Of a stretch of DNA of 64,000 bases, positions 1 through 11,835 are shown piece after piece. The notes below the pieces were generated by a model that saw only the letters and a program-made list of their open reading frames with translations, was not told the DNA's origin and ran no database searches. This DNA is from Octopus vulgaris (Eukaryota): positions 27,838,001 to 27,902,000 of the forward strand of contig OX597825.1 of the NCBI GenBank assembly GCA_951406725.2. The letters are read 5' to 3'. Position numbers and translations under genes: made by a program. Positions within the stretch are counted from its first letter, which is position 1. Each line of letters opens with the position of its first letter.

Positions 1-1763
1 GCCAAATATGTCTCCAAATCTCTAGTATCGATAAAATAAAGTAGCAGTCAAATCAGTACCATTAACATAGCTAACATTCTACCTAAATCAGAAACGATTC
101 ATAATATATTACCATATTTCATTCAACTTTGCTCATCATCAATTGTGGGTCGATAAAATCATGTTAATCTAGAACTGGAGACAACTATTCTCACACTTCA
201 CATTTCAGGACATGTGCCTATATCAAAAATCATAATTAGATATTACTTGCATGATAGATATGACTACAATTAATGTACAGAAAGCAGTTACATTAAAAAG
301 TGAAAAAAATGGCAAATTTGTGAAATTAGCTTTTGCTATTTTTGGAGCGGACCCTACTTTAAACAAATCCACTTCAAACAGTAACACGCTGTTCTTTTTT
401 AATAGGGCAAAGTAGGCAAATTCCTGATATCTGGTAACCATAGCGAAGATCTGTGGTAAACGACGCTGAAAAAACTAACCACGCTCTCTTCAATGTAGCC
501 CTCATTGATATTTTTCACGTTCCGCATGCACAGAAAGTTGAATGTGGAAGGAAAGTGCTTTATTCTAAGGAATATAACAAAGAGGGGTTTTTATGGAGAA
601 AATAGTTAGATGAGGCTCAACATCTCTAAGCATTCACCTGTAAGCCAAATACAAATATATAGGAGAGGACAATTACTCTCGGTAAGAAGCATGATCTTGC
701 ATTAGAAGATTCTGTGACAGGATCTAGTTGAAATTCCCCCAATATGAGGAAGATTGTGTAATCCACATGGTCAAGTGTTTGTATAGTATCAATAATTTCA
801 TCTCTTCTTTTCTTCCAATACTTCCCTTTCTGTATCTTTTCGGCGTTCGATAAATTTATTCTGTCACTTTTATTGCAATTCCCTCACTTCATCACTTTTA
901 TCCTACACTTAGAAATGCCAAATTGCATTCTGATGTCATTACTAAATACTCTCCCTTTACTGACAAAAATATCCGACTTCTTCCCAGCTTTACTGTGTAT
1001 CTTTTGACCACCAATAAATGGCAAATAATACCTATTTCTCGTTTTATTTTTCCTAGGCTATATCCAACGTTTAATTTCCTCAGATTTAGGATGCGAAAGA
1101 TAAAGAACGGTGACAAGCAGTTGATATAATAGACTATAATTTTGGAAATAGTTCGATTTATTCTGACTTTTACAATTGGTTGTTCTCTGACTGTATTTTT
1201 TTCTATTTCCCAGTTACCAGCTAAGTTATATCACAAATAATTTTGAACATTCTGAGGGAGTTCAAAATCCAGGATTGTGAGACCATGTTATGAGATTTTG
1301 GAAACGATCCATGCAATAGGCTAGCGAGTCATTTCATAGAAATTTTTGTGGCAACCATGTCGATCAACTGTTGTCACTTCAAACTACACAGCAATATTTG
1401 CATTCATTGAGATCTTAGGATTATTAATTTTTTTTTCAAGGTAGATGGACAAGAGGAACTTGATATGAAGTGTTTAGCTCAAGAACATACACCGTCCCCA
1501 TATCAAGAAATGAAAACAATAATCATACGAACATCAATGTAACTCCCTAACCACTAATCCGCGTGGTTCTAGAATTATACATATGTGATCGTGGGTGTGT
1601 TTTTTGTGAATACACAAACAGACACACAAATTACGTATATATACGTATACATACGTATATATATATATGTGTATATAATTATAAAATTATAAATATATAT
1701 CACAGCGCTACTCGGTTGAGCTGTATAAAGTGGATATCTATAACACTTATTTCTTCATTGTAC

Positions 1764-1814
<51 letters not shown>

Positions 1815-1817
<3 letters not shown>

Positions 1818-2038
1818 AAAACAAGTCAAAAATAGAAAATGCTAAGATAATTTTATAGTGAATCTTTCAGTACCGGTTTCGGTCATTTTGAGACCTTTTC
1901 AACTGTAACGATTAAATAATTAAATAAGGTCTCAAAATAACCGAAACCGGTACTGAAAGATTCACTATAAAATTATCTTAGCATTTTCTATTTTTGACTT
2001 GTTTTTTCATATATATCAACTCGTGTGTTCCTTTCCAC

Positions 2039-2042
<4 letters not shown>
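1815..2042 (+). mobile_element. Fold-back PLE 3'-end fragment: 83-bp inverted arms (1815-1897 / 1926-2008) plus a 34-bp unpaired tail, inserted in (TA)n
   Basis: Arms are near-perfect reverse complements (gaaaaaacaagtc...agacctt / aaggtct...gacttgttttttc). Tail 2009-2042 contains ACTCGTG, as does the tail of the full PLE. (TA)n lies on both sides and a hammerhead-like motif is present. Confidence 0.8.
1868..1905 (-). ncRNA. Minimal type-I hammerhead-like ribozyme, U3:A8 core variant
   Basis: Minus strand reads CAG-TTGAAAA-GGTC(tcaaaat)GACC-GAAA-CCGG-TA-CTG: stem I CAG/CTG, perfect 4-bp stem II, GAAA, palindromic ACCGGT stem III, GUA cleavage triplet. Confidence 0.7.
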
Positions 2043-2083
<41 letters not shown>

Positions 2084-2351
2084 CATATATCTTGGTGCGG
2101 TACGCTGGATAACTTTGAGATTTTCGCTGTTATTTCTAGCGGGAGGTTGCTGGTTAAGCATCGTTACGCTTCGTGCAAATTTAAATTTCATAGCCATTTA
2201 ATGCTATCGCGCCTGCGATCCACCTGTCACTGCTGGTGATATCATCAATGTAAAAATTTATTCACAGATGATATGAATAGTAGTGACATCTGATTCCAAA
2301 TCTCAGTGTTTGAATGTTTTGCGTATATATATATACTGTATATATTAAATA

Positions 2352-2390
<39 letters not shown>

Positions 2391-2414
2391 ATATAATATA
2401 TAATATATATCTTA

Positions 2415-2484
<70 letters not shown>

Positions 2485-3445
2485 CCCACATAGACTGTCA
2501 GGCGCGCGCACACACACACTCATACGCGTCCAATGCAAATACACAACTACACTAACCCTGAATGCAACTCAGTGTCAAACACACGCACGCACCCACACAC
2601 AAACAAGAATAACAAGCTATCACGAATAAAGCTCAAATGCCGAAAAGGCATGCGTGCACTCTGCCGGCGTCAAATGACAGATATGCAGCATTAATCAGAG
2701 GATTATTAAAATGACAAGAACATGATATTTATTGCAAAATTAAAGTGTGGGTTTATATATTCATGCAGAGAGACACCTAGCGCACGTACTAGACACGCTT
2801 ATCTAGAGGCATGCACGTAAATACTTCTGTGATTGAGTATATATTTTTGTGTACATATCATATATATATATATACATATATATACATATATACACACAAT
2901 TATATAAATTTACATATATGTATGTATATGCATATACATACACACACATGCGTACATGCATATATATATATATATATGTATATGTATGTAAATATATATA
3001 TTATACATGTTTGTCTGTCTTTGTGTGTGTAACTAAAACTTATTTCAATCACCAGAATTTGTGGTATTATATTTAATCCTTTAATTACGTTCGTTTCTAC
3101 GCTATCTAGAATGTATTCCATGAGTATAAATATTGAGATGGATATCAATATGAATACAAATGGATTTCCAATATTGCAGTATATATCAAAGCGACGACCT
3201 GACAGAGATGTTTGCACACGGGACAGAATGTCTAGGGATATGTCTTCCGTCTTTACCTACTAAGTTCAAATTCTTACGTCCTGTGGTTGATGTAATTGAC
3301 TGAAGACCTTTCTTGAAATTGCTGGCCTTGTGCCAAAAATTGAGATTAGTTATGCAATATGTTAATATAAAAATGCGCATCTACACTGAGAAAAGTTGTG
3401 TGAGGATATATTTAGATATTAAATACATATTTACACCTATTTTTC

Positions 3446-3572
3446 GTAAGCCTATTACGTATTCTATCGGTCTCTTTTGCCGAACAGCTAAGTTACGGGG
3501 ACGTAAACACACCAGCGACGGTTGTCAAGCAATGTTAGGGAGACAAACACAGACACACAAACATGTACACAC

Positions 3573-3625
<53 letters not shown>

Positions 3626-3772
3626 TACGGCGGGGTTCTATCTGTTTCCATCAACCAAATCAATTCACAGTGCTCTGGTCGGTCCGAGGCTATAGTAGAA
3701 GACACTCGCCCAAGGTGCCACGGAGTGGGACTGAATGCGGAGCTGGCTACTTACCACACAGTCATACCCACG

Positions 3773-3774
<2 letters not shown>
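3446..3774 (-). mobile_element. tRNA-derived SINE family A copy (3'-truncated, internal microsatellite)
   Basis: Reverse complement matches 12899-13317 (gtgtggtaagtagc...ttcagtcccact...cttgggcgagtgtcttctactatagcctcgg...tttacgtccccgtaacttagc). Confidence 0.8.
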
Positions 3775-3822
<48 letters not shown>

Positions 3823-3921
3823 TGTATGTATAAATAATATTTTATCAATTTATGTATATGTATTTGTATATATGTGTATGTAAATATATATATATATATA
3901 GATACATATTTGTGTGTGTAT

Positions 3922-4024
<103 letters not shown>

Positions 4025-4063
4025 AAAAAAGGTTTGAAAATGCAATTTAAACGATGTTTATTT

Positions 4064-4104
4064 ACTTAACCGGTTTCACTCTTTGGTAAAAGATTGTCAA
4101 AAGT
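4064..4104 (-). ncRNA. Minimal hammerhead-like motif (U3:A8) in the inverted pseudo-LTR
   Basis: Exact reverse complement of 9860-9900. Confidence 0.6.
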
Positions 4105-4118
4105 TACATTTAAGGAAA

Positions 4119-4347
4119 CATTGAATAATATGGGTTCAAAAAAAGTTTTTTACATAATTGTCACATTGAATATTATGCATTCAAAAAAGTTTTTTACATA
4201 ATTGTCACATTGGATATTATGGGTTCAAAAAAAGTTTTTTACATAATTGTCACATTGAATATTATGCATTCAAAAAAGTTTTTTACATAATTGTCACATT
4301 GGATATTATGAATTCAAAAATGTTTTTTTATACATAATTGTCACATT
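4119..4347. repeat. Minisatellite, 5 x ~44-47 bp, inside the left pseudo-LTR
   Basis: Unit cattg(a/g)atattatg(ca/gg)ttcaaaaaagttttttacataattgtca, with alternating variants. Confidence 0.9.
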
Positions 4348-4708
4348 ATTTGGGAAAATTTGGCAGAAAAGGATAAAACAAATATATTATTGGGAATTGG
4401 TTGCGTTAATTATTGGTTGTCGCAAATTGTCACATTACATGTATATATATACAATCTTTGGTATATATATACAGCGTTTTGACAGCAAAAATTAAAATGG
4501 ATTTTTTGTACATCTCAGAATATTTTAAGTATGTTTTTACTGACCTGTCAGTATTAGCAGAAAGGCTGAACTGAGAGAACAGAAGAAGTAGCCAATGTGG
4601 TGTATACTTCCCCTTTATGCATGAATGATTTTGGGGTTATCAGGAGGTTAGTATGCGGGTGTAAATAGATGTGTCCGTGCCTGCTGGTCAGACAGCGTCT
4701 GTTTGTCA

Positions 4709-5565
4709 ACAGTTTGCCTTCTGGAATTTCATAAAAAATAACAACAAAGCTGACATTTATGAAAAGTGGCTCAACTCCACCCCTATCATCCTACCCAGAA
4801 AACTACAAATAAAACCCATCCAAAATGAACCAGAAAACCAAAAAAACCTCAGGGAGAAACTAGCTTTTGAAAAATTAAAAACGGAAGTAGAACTCTTGCG
4901 GCTCAGAGCCAACACCAGTGAAGAAAAATCCAAGACCCTTGACAATGAAATGCAGATTGAAATCTCAAAACACTGTGAAGGAGCACTCCTTGATGAAACC
5001 ACCAAACTCTGGAGAAAAAACTGCGAGGATGAAGAAATAACATCCCTCCAGCGAATGGAAAAAAACAGCTGGTTCACCAATTATGAAACAGAGTTCACAA
5101 AGGAACACCTTTCAAGCAACCCATATTTTAAAATATCTACTTCAACTCACACCCCTCGCCAAAAACAAAGAAAACCAACCACAAAACACCGAACACACAC
5201 CACCCCTAACATCGACAACAACAACAACAGAACTTCCCCCAACATATAGGAATTCACTCCTAAACCATGAATATAGTTTCCAACCCACTCTAAGGAACCA
5301 ACATTACACCCAGGACAAACAACCCAAACCCTGGAATAACCAAAACTCTTCCAGGAGGCCACACCAACAACCCAGACCCTGGAACAACCAAAACCTCCTC
5401 AACAGACAACATAGCAACGGGGGACAGAATCACAACAACCAAAACCTCTTCAACAGACATGTCAACGGGGGACAGAATCACATACAGCAAAATACCGCAA
5501 ATAGAAGAACCCCCAGGATTCCTTTTTTAGGCAAGGGCATCAGTTTCCACGACACCAGATGGTAG
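4709..5565 (+). pseudogene. PLE ORF1, 5'-truncated by the inversion and split by one frameshift (~5130-5250): helical/coiled-coil-like N-terminal part and N/Q-rich repetitive C-terminal part
   Basis: ORF 4671-5249 (E/K/L-rich, e.g. LREKLAFEKLKTEVELLRLRANTSEEK) overlaps ORF 5083-5565 (PWNNQN x2, NGGQNH x2). Its A/C-rich composition matches the RT ORF. Its first codons derive from the inverted repeat, so the listed GTG start is artefactual. Confidence 0.65.
5523..5529 (+). promoter_or_regulatory. Candidate -1 programmed ribosomal frameshift heptamer T_TTT_TTA
   Basis: In phase with ORF1 codons (CCT TTT TTA GGC AAG). The -1 frame is open from 5505 into the RT ORF. Confidence 0.55.
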
Positions 5566-7835
5566 ATACCAACCCCGAAAAACCAAAAATAGTGAATCTT
5601 TCTAACCTAAACCTGTCGACACCACAAATAAAAATCCTTTCAAGAGGACTAAAATTCACCCCAACTCCGCAATACCCTAACCTGAGGGAAATACAGGATG
5701 ACATCTCGCACTTTTGCAGAAAATTACGCCTCACAGAGGAATTTTTTGACAGAAAAACTAATAATAACGACGAATCAATGGTCTGTAACAAAAGCAACTA
5801 TAATCCCATAAAAGGCAAAAACAAAACCTTAGACAAATTTTGCGATTACATCTCCAACTTCCCTTATGGTGAACTCCCACAACCTAAACTCAAACCCAAC
5901 ACCAGTAAAAGAGAATGGGAAATCATCCATACGCTACGAGACAATCATGACGTCACAATAAAGGAAGCTGATAAGGGTAGTACGGTCGTTGTTATGAATA
6001 CTGAGCAATATAAAAACTCTGTATCTCTCCTTTTAGAGGATACCACATACTACGAAAGAGTAGTCGACTACCAGCAATCCAAAACAATGACCAATCTGAA
6101 GGCACTCATTTACCAACACCGGAATGACTTGACAGCAAAGGAATGCGACTACATTACTAAATTTAATTGCAAAACCAGCACACTCTATGGGCTTCCAAAA
6201 ATACACAAGAGTCAAATTATCACAGAAGCTTGCAAAAAGTCCACTTCAATCTGCATCACTATACCACATCCCACTGATCTCAAACTGAGACCAATAGTGG
6301 CAGGCCCAAGTTGTGAAACACACAGACTTAGCAACTTTATAGATATCATCTTAAAGCCAATACTGAAACACATTCCAAGTATTGTAAGAGATGACCTGGA
6401 CCTATTAAACCATCTCCCCAAACATGCCGATAAAGACACCTTAATCGTTTCTTTTGATGTTATTAATCTTTACACCACAATCCCACATGAATTTGGACTG
6501 GAAGCCATTAAATTCTGGCTGGATAAATATCCCAATGAGATCCCGGAAAGAATTAAAAAAGAATTCATAATTGAGGGCCTCAAATTTATTCTGCAAAACA
6601 ACTTCATGTATTTCCACAACAACACTTACAGACAGGTCTCAGGGACTGCAATGGGTACGAAAGTTGCACCTACCTATGCAAACCTGGTGATGGCCTACCT
6701 GGAATCACATATCTATGAAAAATCCAAATATAAGTACGGCCAGTCTTTCCACAAATACCTGTTGGAGAACTGGAAACGCTACTTAGATGATTGCCTCATC
6801 CTATGGTCCCACACACTCGACCAACTTATAGACTTCAAAAACCTTATCAACAGTGTAAATAACAACATTCAATTCACAATGGAATATAGTCAGGACCAAC
6901 TCCCTTTTCTTGACATCCTAATCATTAAAAAAGGCGTCAACATTGAAACTGACATCCATTACAAACCCACTGACTCTAAACAATACCTTCTATTCACCTC
7001 CAATCACCCAAAACACACAAAGACAAATATCCCCTTCAACCTAGCGAGAAGAATCTGCACTATTGTCTCAAATGACACAACACGAAATAGAAGACTCCGG
7101 GAACTAAGGGCAATTCTTCTCGAAAGACATTACCCGGCATCACTAGTAGACAACGGAATAGAACGGGCCAAATCAATCAACATTCAAGACCTTCGAAAAC
7201 CCAAACACATCCACAGTACAGTCAATAGCCTCCCTTATCTCTCAACACACAACCCAAGGAATGCAGAAGCTTACACTATTATATACAACAACATTCCACA
7301 ACTAAATCAAGACCCACGCCTGAAAAAAATACTGGCAGCTCATAAAATAATAAAAAGTAAGAGACAACCTAAATCCCTAAAAAACCTCCTCACCAACGCA
7401 AAATTACACAACACAAACCCACCGCCCACCATCAAAAAATGTGGTCGCCCCAACTGTAAGACCTGCTACCACCTCATTGAGGGATCGTCGTACAAGTTCC
7501 ACTCGGGACACACATTCATCATAAAAAATAACTTCACGTGCGCATCAAAAAATTTACTCTACGTCATAAGGTGTGAAGGATGCCACGAAGACTACATAGG
7601 GCAAATGAGCCTTACCCTCAGAGACAGAATGACAGTTCACCGACAACAACTGAGGGACCCCTCCACAAGACAGATACCACTAAGTGGACACTTAGACCTT
7701 TGTGCACACAATAAGTCCCCCAAATTCTTAGTCTTCCCACTATACCAATGCTCGGACAACACCACAGACCAAACACGAATAAATAAGGAAAGTAATCTTA
7801 TTCAAAAATACAGACCACAACTAAACATACTCTAA
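5559..7835 (+). CDS. PLE reverse transcriptase - GIY-YIG endonuclease polyprotein (758 aa, intact)
   Basis: RT motifs LYGLPKIHK, LRPIVAG, SFDVINLYTTIP, QVSGTAMGTKVAPTYANL, RYLDD, LPFLDI and PLE thumb YKPTD..QYL..SNHP. Cys linker CGRPNCKTC. Endonuclease NLLYVIRCEGC..YIGQ..LRDRMTVHR. Confidence 0.95.
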   Translation: MVDTNPEKPKIVNLSNLNLSTPQIKILSRGLKFTPTPQYPNLREIQDDISHFCRKLRLTEEFFDRKTNNNDESMVCNKSNYNPIKGKNKTLDKFCDYISNFPYGELPQPKLKPNTSKREWEIIHTLRDNHDVTIKEADKGSTVVVMNTEQYKNSVSLLLEDTTYYERVVDYQQSKTMTNLKALIYQHRNDLTAKECDYITKFNCKTSTLYGLPKIHKSQIITEACKKSTSICITIPHPTDLKLRPIVAGPSCETHRLSNFIDIILKPILKHIPSIVRDDLDLLNHLPKHADKDTLIVSFDVINLYTTIPHEFGLEAIKFWLDKYPNEIPERIKKEFIIEGLKFILQNNFMYFHNNTYRQVSGTAMGTKVAPTYANLVMAYLESHIYEKSKYKYGQSFHKYLLENWKRYLDDCLILWSHTLDQLIDFKNLINSVNNNIQFTMEYSQDQLPFLDILIIKKGVNIETDIHYKPTDSKQYLLFTSNHPKHTKTNIPFNLARRICTIVSNDTTRNRRLRELRAILLERHYPASLVDNGIERAKSINIQDLRKPKHIHSTVNSLPYLSTHNPRNAEAYTIIYNNIPQLNQDPRLKKILAAHKIIKSKRQPKSLKNLLTNAKLHNTNPPPTIKKCGRPNCKTCYHLIEGSSYKFHSGHTFIIKNNFTCASKNLLYVIRCEGCHEDYIGQMSLTLRDRMTVHRQQLRDPSTRQIPLSGHLDLCAHNKSPKFLVFPLYQCSDNTTDQTRINKESNLIQKYRPQLNIL

Positions 7836-7964
7836 CATACCCCCTGGAAGCACATCCAGAGCAAGCACACAGCATATCGTGCGGGCGGGCACATGCGCGC
7901 ATCGGCACGCATAGGACACACTAGCGGGCATTGACCGCACACATACGTGGCATGCACACGCATG

Positions 7965-8000
7965 CATTATATATATGTAGGTGATGTATGTGTGTGAGTG

Positions 8001-8046
<46 letters not shown>

Positions 8047-8221
8047 ACTGTGTGCGTGTGTGTGTATATATGTGTGTGTGCGCGCGTTGTATGTGTGTGT
8101 GTGTGCACGTGTGTATATATGTGTGTGTGTGTGTGCACTGTGTGCGGGTGTGTGTGTATGTGTGTGTGTGTGTGTGTGTGTGAGCATTGTGTACGTGTGT
8201 ATGTATTTACATATGTATCTG

Positions 8222-8266
<45 letters not shown>

Positions 8267-9041
8267 TGTGTGTGTATATGCATGGTATGTGTGTATATGT
8301 TAGTACTTTGTTTGTGTGTATGTGCGGCATGTAGAGATATATTTGAGTGTGTACGCTATAGGTTTGTAATTTGTGTGTGTGGGGGGTGGTGAATTTTTTA
8401 TATATATATATGTGTGTGTATGTGTGTGAAAAAATATATGTATGTGCATGTATGTATGTATGTATGTGTGTATATATATATATATATGTGTGTATATATA
8501 TGTGTGTGTGTGTATGTGTGTGTGTGTATATTTATTTGCATGTTTATGTGTGTATAAACATGTACATTATTTGCATGCGCATTGTGTATATGTATATTGT
8601 ATGTATGTGTATTGTATATGTACGTGTACAATTAAGTGTATATATTTGTGTGTATGTGTGCACTGTATATATGTATATTGTAGGTGTGCTATATGTGCAT
8701 GAATACATGTATATGCATTGCGTGTATATATATGTATGCATTGTGTGTGTATGTATGTTATGTGTGTGTGTGTGTATATATATATTATATGTATGTGTGT
8801 TGTGTGTATATGTGGTACATCTATGTATGTGTATGTAAACACTATTTATATGTATATGTGTATATATGTATATGCATTGTCTATATATATATATATTATA
8901 TGTATGTATTGCGTATGTATATTGCATGCATATATTGTGTATGTATATTACTTACATGCTGTATGTGTGTATTGTATGTGTGTATATATATGCTAGGTGT
9001 ATTTGTGTGATATTTATATTATGTATGTATGTGTGCGTGTG

Positions 9042-9078
<37 letters not shown>

Positions 9079-9295
9079 GTGTGTGTATGTGTGTTATATA
9101 TGTGTGTATGTTATATATAGATACGTGTTATATTTGTGTGCTGTGTGTATATGTGATATATGTGGGTGCGTTGTGTGTGGGTGTGTGTGTTCTGTGTGTG
9201 TGTGTGTTGTTTGTATGTGGTGTGTGTTTGTATACTATGTGTGTGTTTGTGTGTGTTGTTGTGTGTGTGTGTGTTTGTGTGTATATATATGTGTG
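7965..9295. repeat. ~1.3 kb degenerate (TG)n/(TA)n microsatellite inside the PLE 3' UTR
   Basis: Continuous TG/TA mosaic between the ORF stop and the 3' pseudo-LTR. Confidence 0.9.
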
Positions 9296-9947
9296 TGACA
9301 AACAGACGCTGTCTGACCAGCAGGCACGGACACATCTATTCACACCCGCATACTAACCTCCTGATAACCCCAAAATCATTCATGCATAAAGGGGAAGTAT
9401 ACACCACATTGGCTACTTCTTCTGTTCTCTCAGTTCAGCCTTTCTGCTAATACTGACAGGTCAGTAAAAACATACTTAAAATATTCTGAGATGTACAAAA
9501 AATCCATTTTAATTTTTGCTGTCAAAACGCTGTATATATATACCAAAGATTGTATATATATACATGTAATGTGACAATTTGCGACAACCAATAATTAACG
9601 CAACCAATTCCCAATAATATATTTGTTTTATCCTTTTCTGCCAAATTTTCCCAAATAATGTGACAATTATGTATAAAAAAACATTTTTGAATTCATAATA
9701 TCCAATGTGACAATTATGTAAAAAAAACTTTTTTTTTGAACCCATAATATCCAATGTGACAATTATGTAAAAAACTTTTTTGAATGCATAATATTCAATG
9801 TGACAATTATGTAAAAAACTTTTTTTGAACCCATATTATTCAATGTTTCCTTAAATGTAACTTTTGACAATCTTTTACCAAAGAGTGAAACCGGTTAAGT
9901 AAATAAACATCGTTTAAATTGCATTTTCAAACCTTTTTTCTTATATA
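9296..9947 (+). repeat. 3' pseudo-LTR of the PLE (contains 4 x ~44-bp units at ~9661-9845)
   Basis: Reverse complement of 4016-4708, followed by the unpaired tail attccactcgtgcgataccccacaactcaacttt. Confidence 0.95.
9860..9900 (+). ncRNA. Minimal type-I hammerhead-like ribozyme, U3:A8 core, in the 3' pseudo-LTR
   Basis: ACTT-TTGACAA-TCTTT(tacc)AAAGA-gt-GAAA-CCGG-TT-AAGT: stem I ACTT/AAGT, palindromic ACCGGT, GUU triplet. The base of stem II is imperfect. Confidence 0.6.
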
Positions 9948-9977
9948 ATTCCACTCGTGCGATACCCCACAACTCAA

Positions 9978-10019
<42 letters not shown>

Positions 10020-10229
10020 CACGTACATAATATAAATGTGCTTTGAGACAGTGAAACAGCTGTAGGAGATATTAAAATTATGAGCTGCAAGCGAAATCTT
10101 TCCTTCTCTTATTCTCTTTGCTCCCTCTTTTTCAGTATATATGCTGACAGAAAAGCACACACACACACACACACAAAAGCACACATCCTTACATAGTTAC
10201 ATATATTCAGTCATACATCCCACATATAC

Positions 10230-10320
<91 letters not shown>

Positions 10321-11472
10321 TACCTAGGTAAACCTGCAAATATGTATGCACTTGATAGCAAGGTTGGTATAGAATGTAACCTCTATTTTCCGATGTATTT
10401 TAAAGATATGAATATGATCAAGAGAGAAAACAATCTAAGAGTGCACAGCGATTACCAATACTGCTCAGTGCCTAGACACACACAGTATGCGCTCACAGTC
10501 GTTATTCCCACCTTACAATTGATCCAATACGTCATTTTCCCAGTGACTAATCCCCATAGATTTGGTGAACTTTTGTGACTACCTACTTGCCATGCTAATC
10601 TGATTAGGTTTGTGCCTAGATTATTAAATTAATACCTATGTGTTTACACATATGCAGGTATACACATACTCACAAACTAATATATACAGATATGGGAGTG
10701 TGTGTGTGTGTGTGTATGTACATGTGTGTATGTGTGTGTAAGAATGTGAGTGCGTGGATGTGTGCGTGTAAGTGTGTGTGTGAGTGTGTGTGTGCTTGTA
10801 TATGTGCGAGAGAGTGTGTGTGTGCATATGTGTGCGTATAAGTTTGCTTGTATTGAGTGTATGTGTGTGTAGGTGTGTGTGTCTGTGTGTATATAAGTTT
10901 GCGTGTATTGAGTGTATGTGTGTATGCGTGTGTGGGTGTCTGTGTGTGTAGGTGTGCGTGCGTGTGTTTGTGTGTGTAGGTGTGTGTGCTTGTTTGTGTC
11001 TGTGTAATATATCATATAAATATAATTATATACCCGTAGAGAAATCTACAACTTACGCAGAATAGATTATTCGCCGAGGTGTGCCTATAAAAGAATATTT
11101 ATGGAAATGTGTGACTGTAACAGTATTGTTAAGTATGTGAAGATGCCATGAGCGTCTGGGTAACTATGTTGGTATATACGGGTGTAAGTATGCATGCGTC
11201 AAACACGACTTTTATGGATGAATAAAGATGGGTGTGTGTCAATAGATGTTTGTATGAGAGTGTGTAAACCTGAACTGTGTGTATGAATTCGGTTATGTGC
11301 ATGTATGGGCATGTGTGTGTGTGTCTGAGTGAGTTTGCATGCGAACCTGTTATTGCATATTTATGCTAGAATATGGGGCGGTTCTGTTATTTCTTTTTCA
11401 AAACAAATAATTGCATTCTGAATATATGTGAGTGTGCATTATACATGTATACGCGTGTATATATGTAAATAA

Positions 11473-11512
<40 letters not shown>

Positions 11513-11647
11513 ATACATATATATATATATATATATATCTGTGTGTGTATATAGATAAGTAGATACAGATATGGGCATATGTGTGTGTGCATGTGTGTGA
11601 ATATATATACACACATACACATACATACATACACACCTTTTATCCTC

Positions 11648-11835
11648 AGTCATTTACTTATTGCAATCAAAGGTATGTGCCCTTACCTGGACACCACTTT
11701 GAAGAAACTTTAGTCGAATGAATCGACTCCTCTACTTAAATTTCATGCCAATCCTGTTACTTATTCTATCGTCCCTTTTTGCCGAATCGCTAAGTTACAG
11801 GGATGTAAACACTTCAACACTGAAACAAAGATGTA
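11648..11835 (-). mobile_element. Degenerate 3' part of SINE family A
   Basis: ttattctatcg...tttgccgaatcgctaagttacagggatgtaaacac matches the family A reverse complement. Confidence 0.6.

Noticed and set aside
200-1400. Complex non-repetitive sequence with short ORFs, possibly a decayed retroelement
   Set aside because: No recognisable protein motif in the frames examined.
4119-4347. Regularly spaced repeats resembling a CRISPR array
   Set aside because: Units are contiguous with no unique spacers, there are no cas genes, and the context is eukaryotic. It is a minisatellite in the pseudo-LTR.
4671-4708. Annotated start of the 192-aa ORF
   Set aside because: These codons come from the inverted pseudo-LTR. 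The real ORF1 start is truncated.
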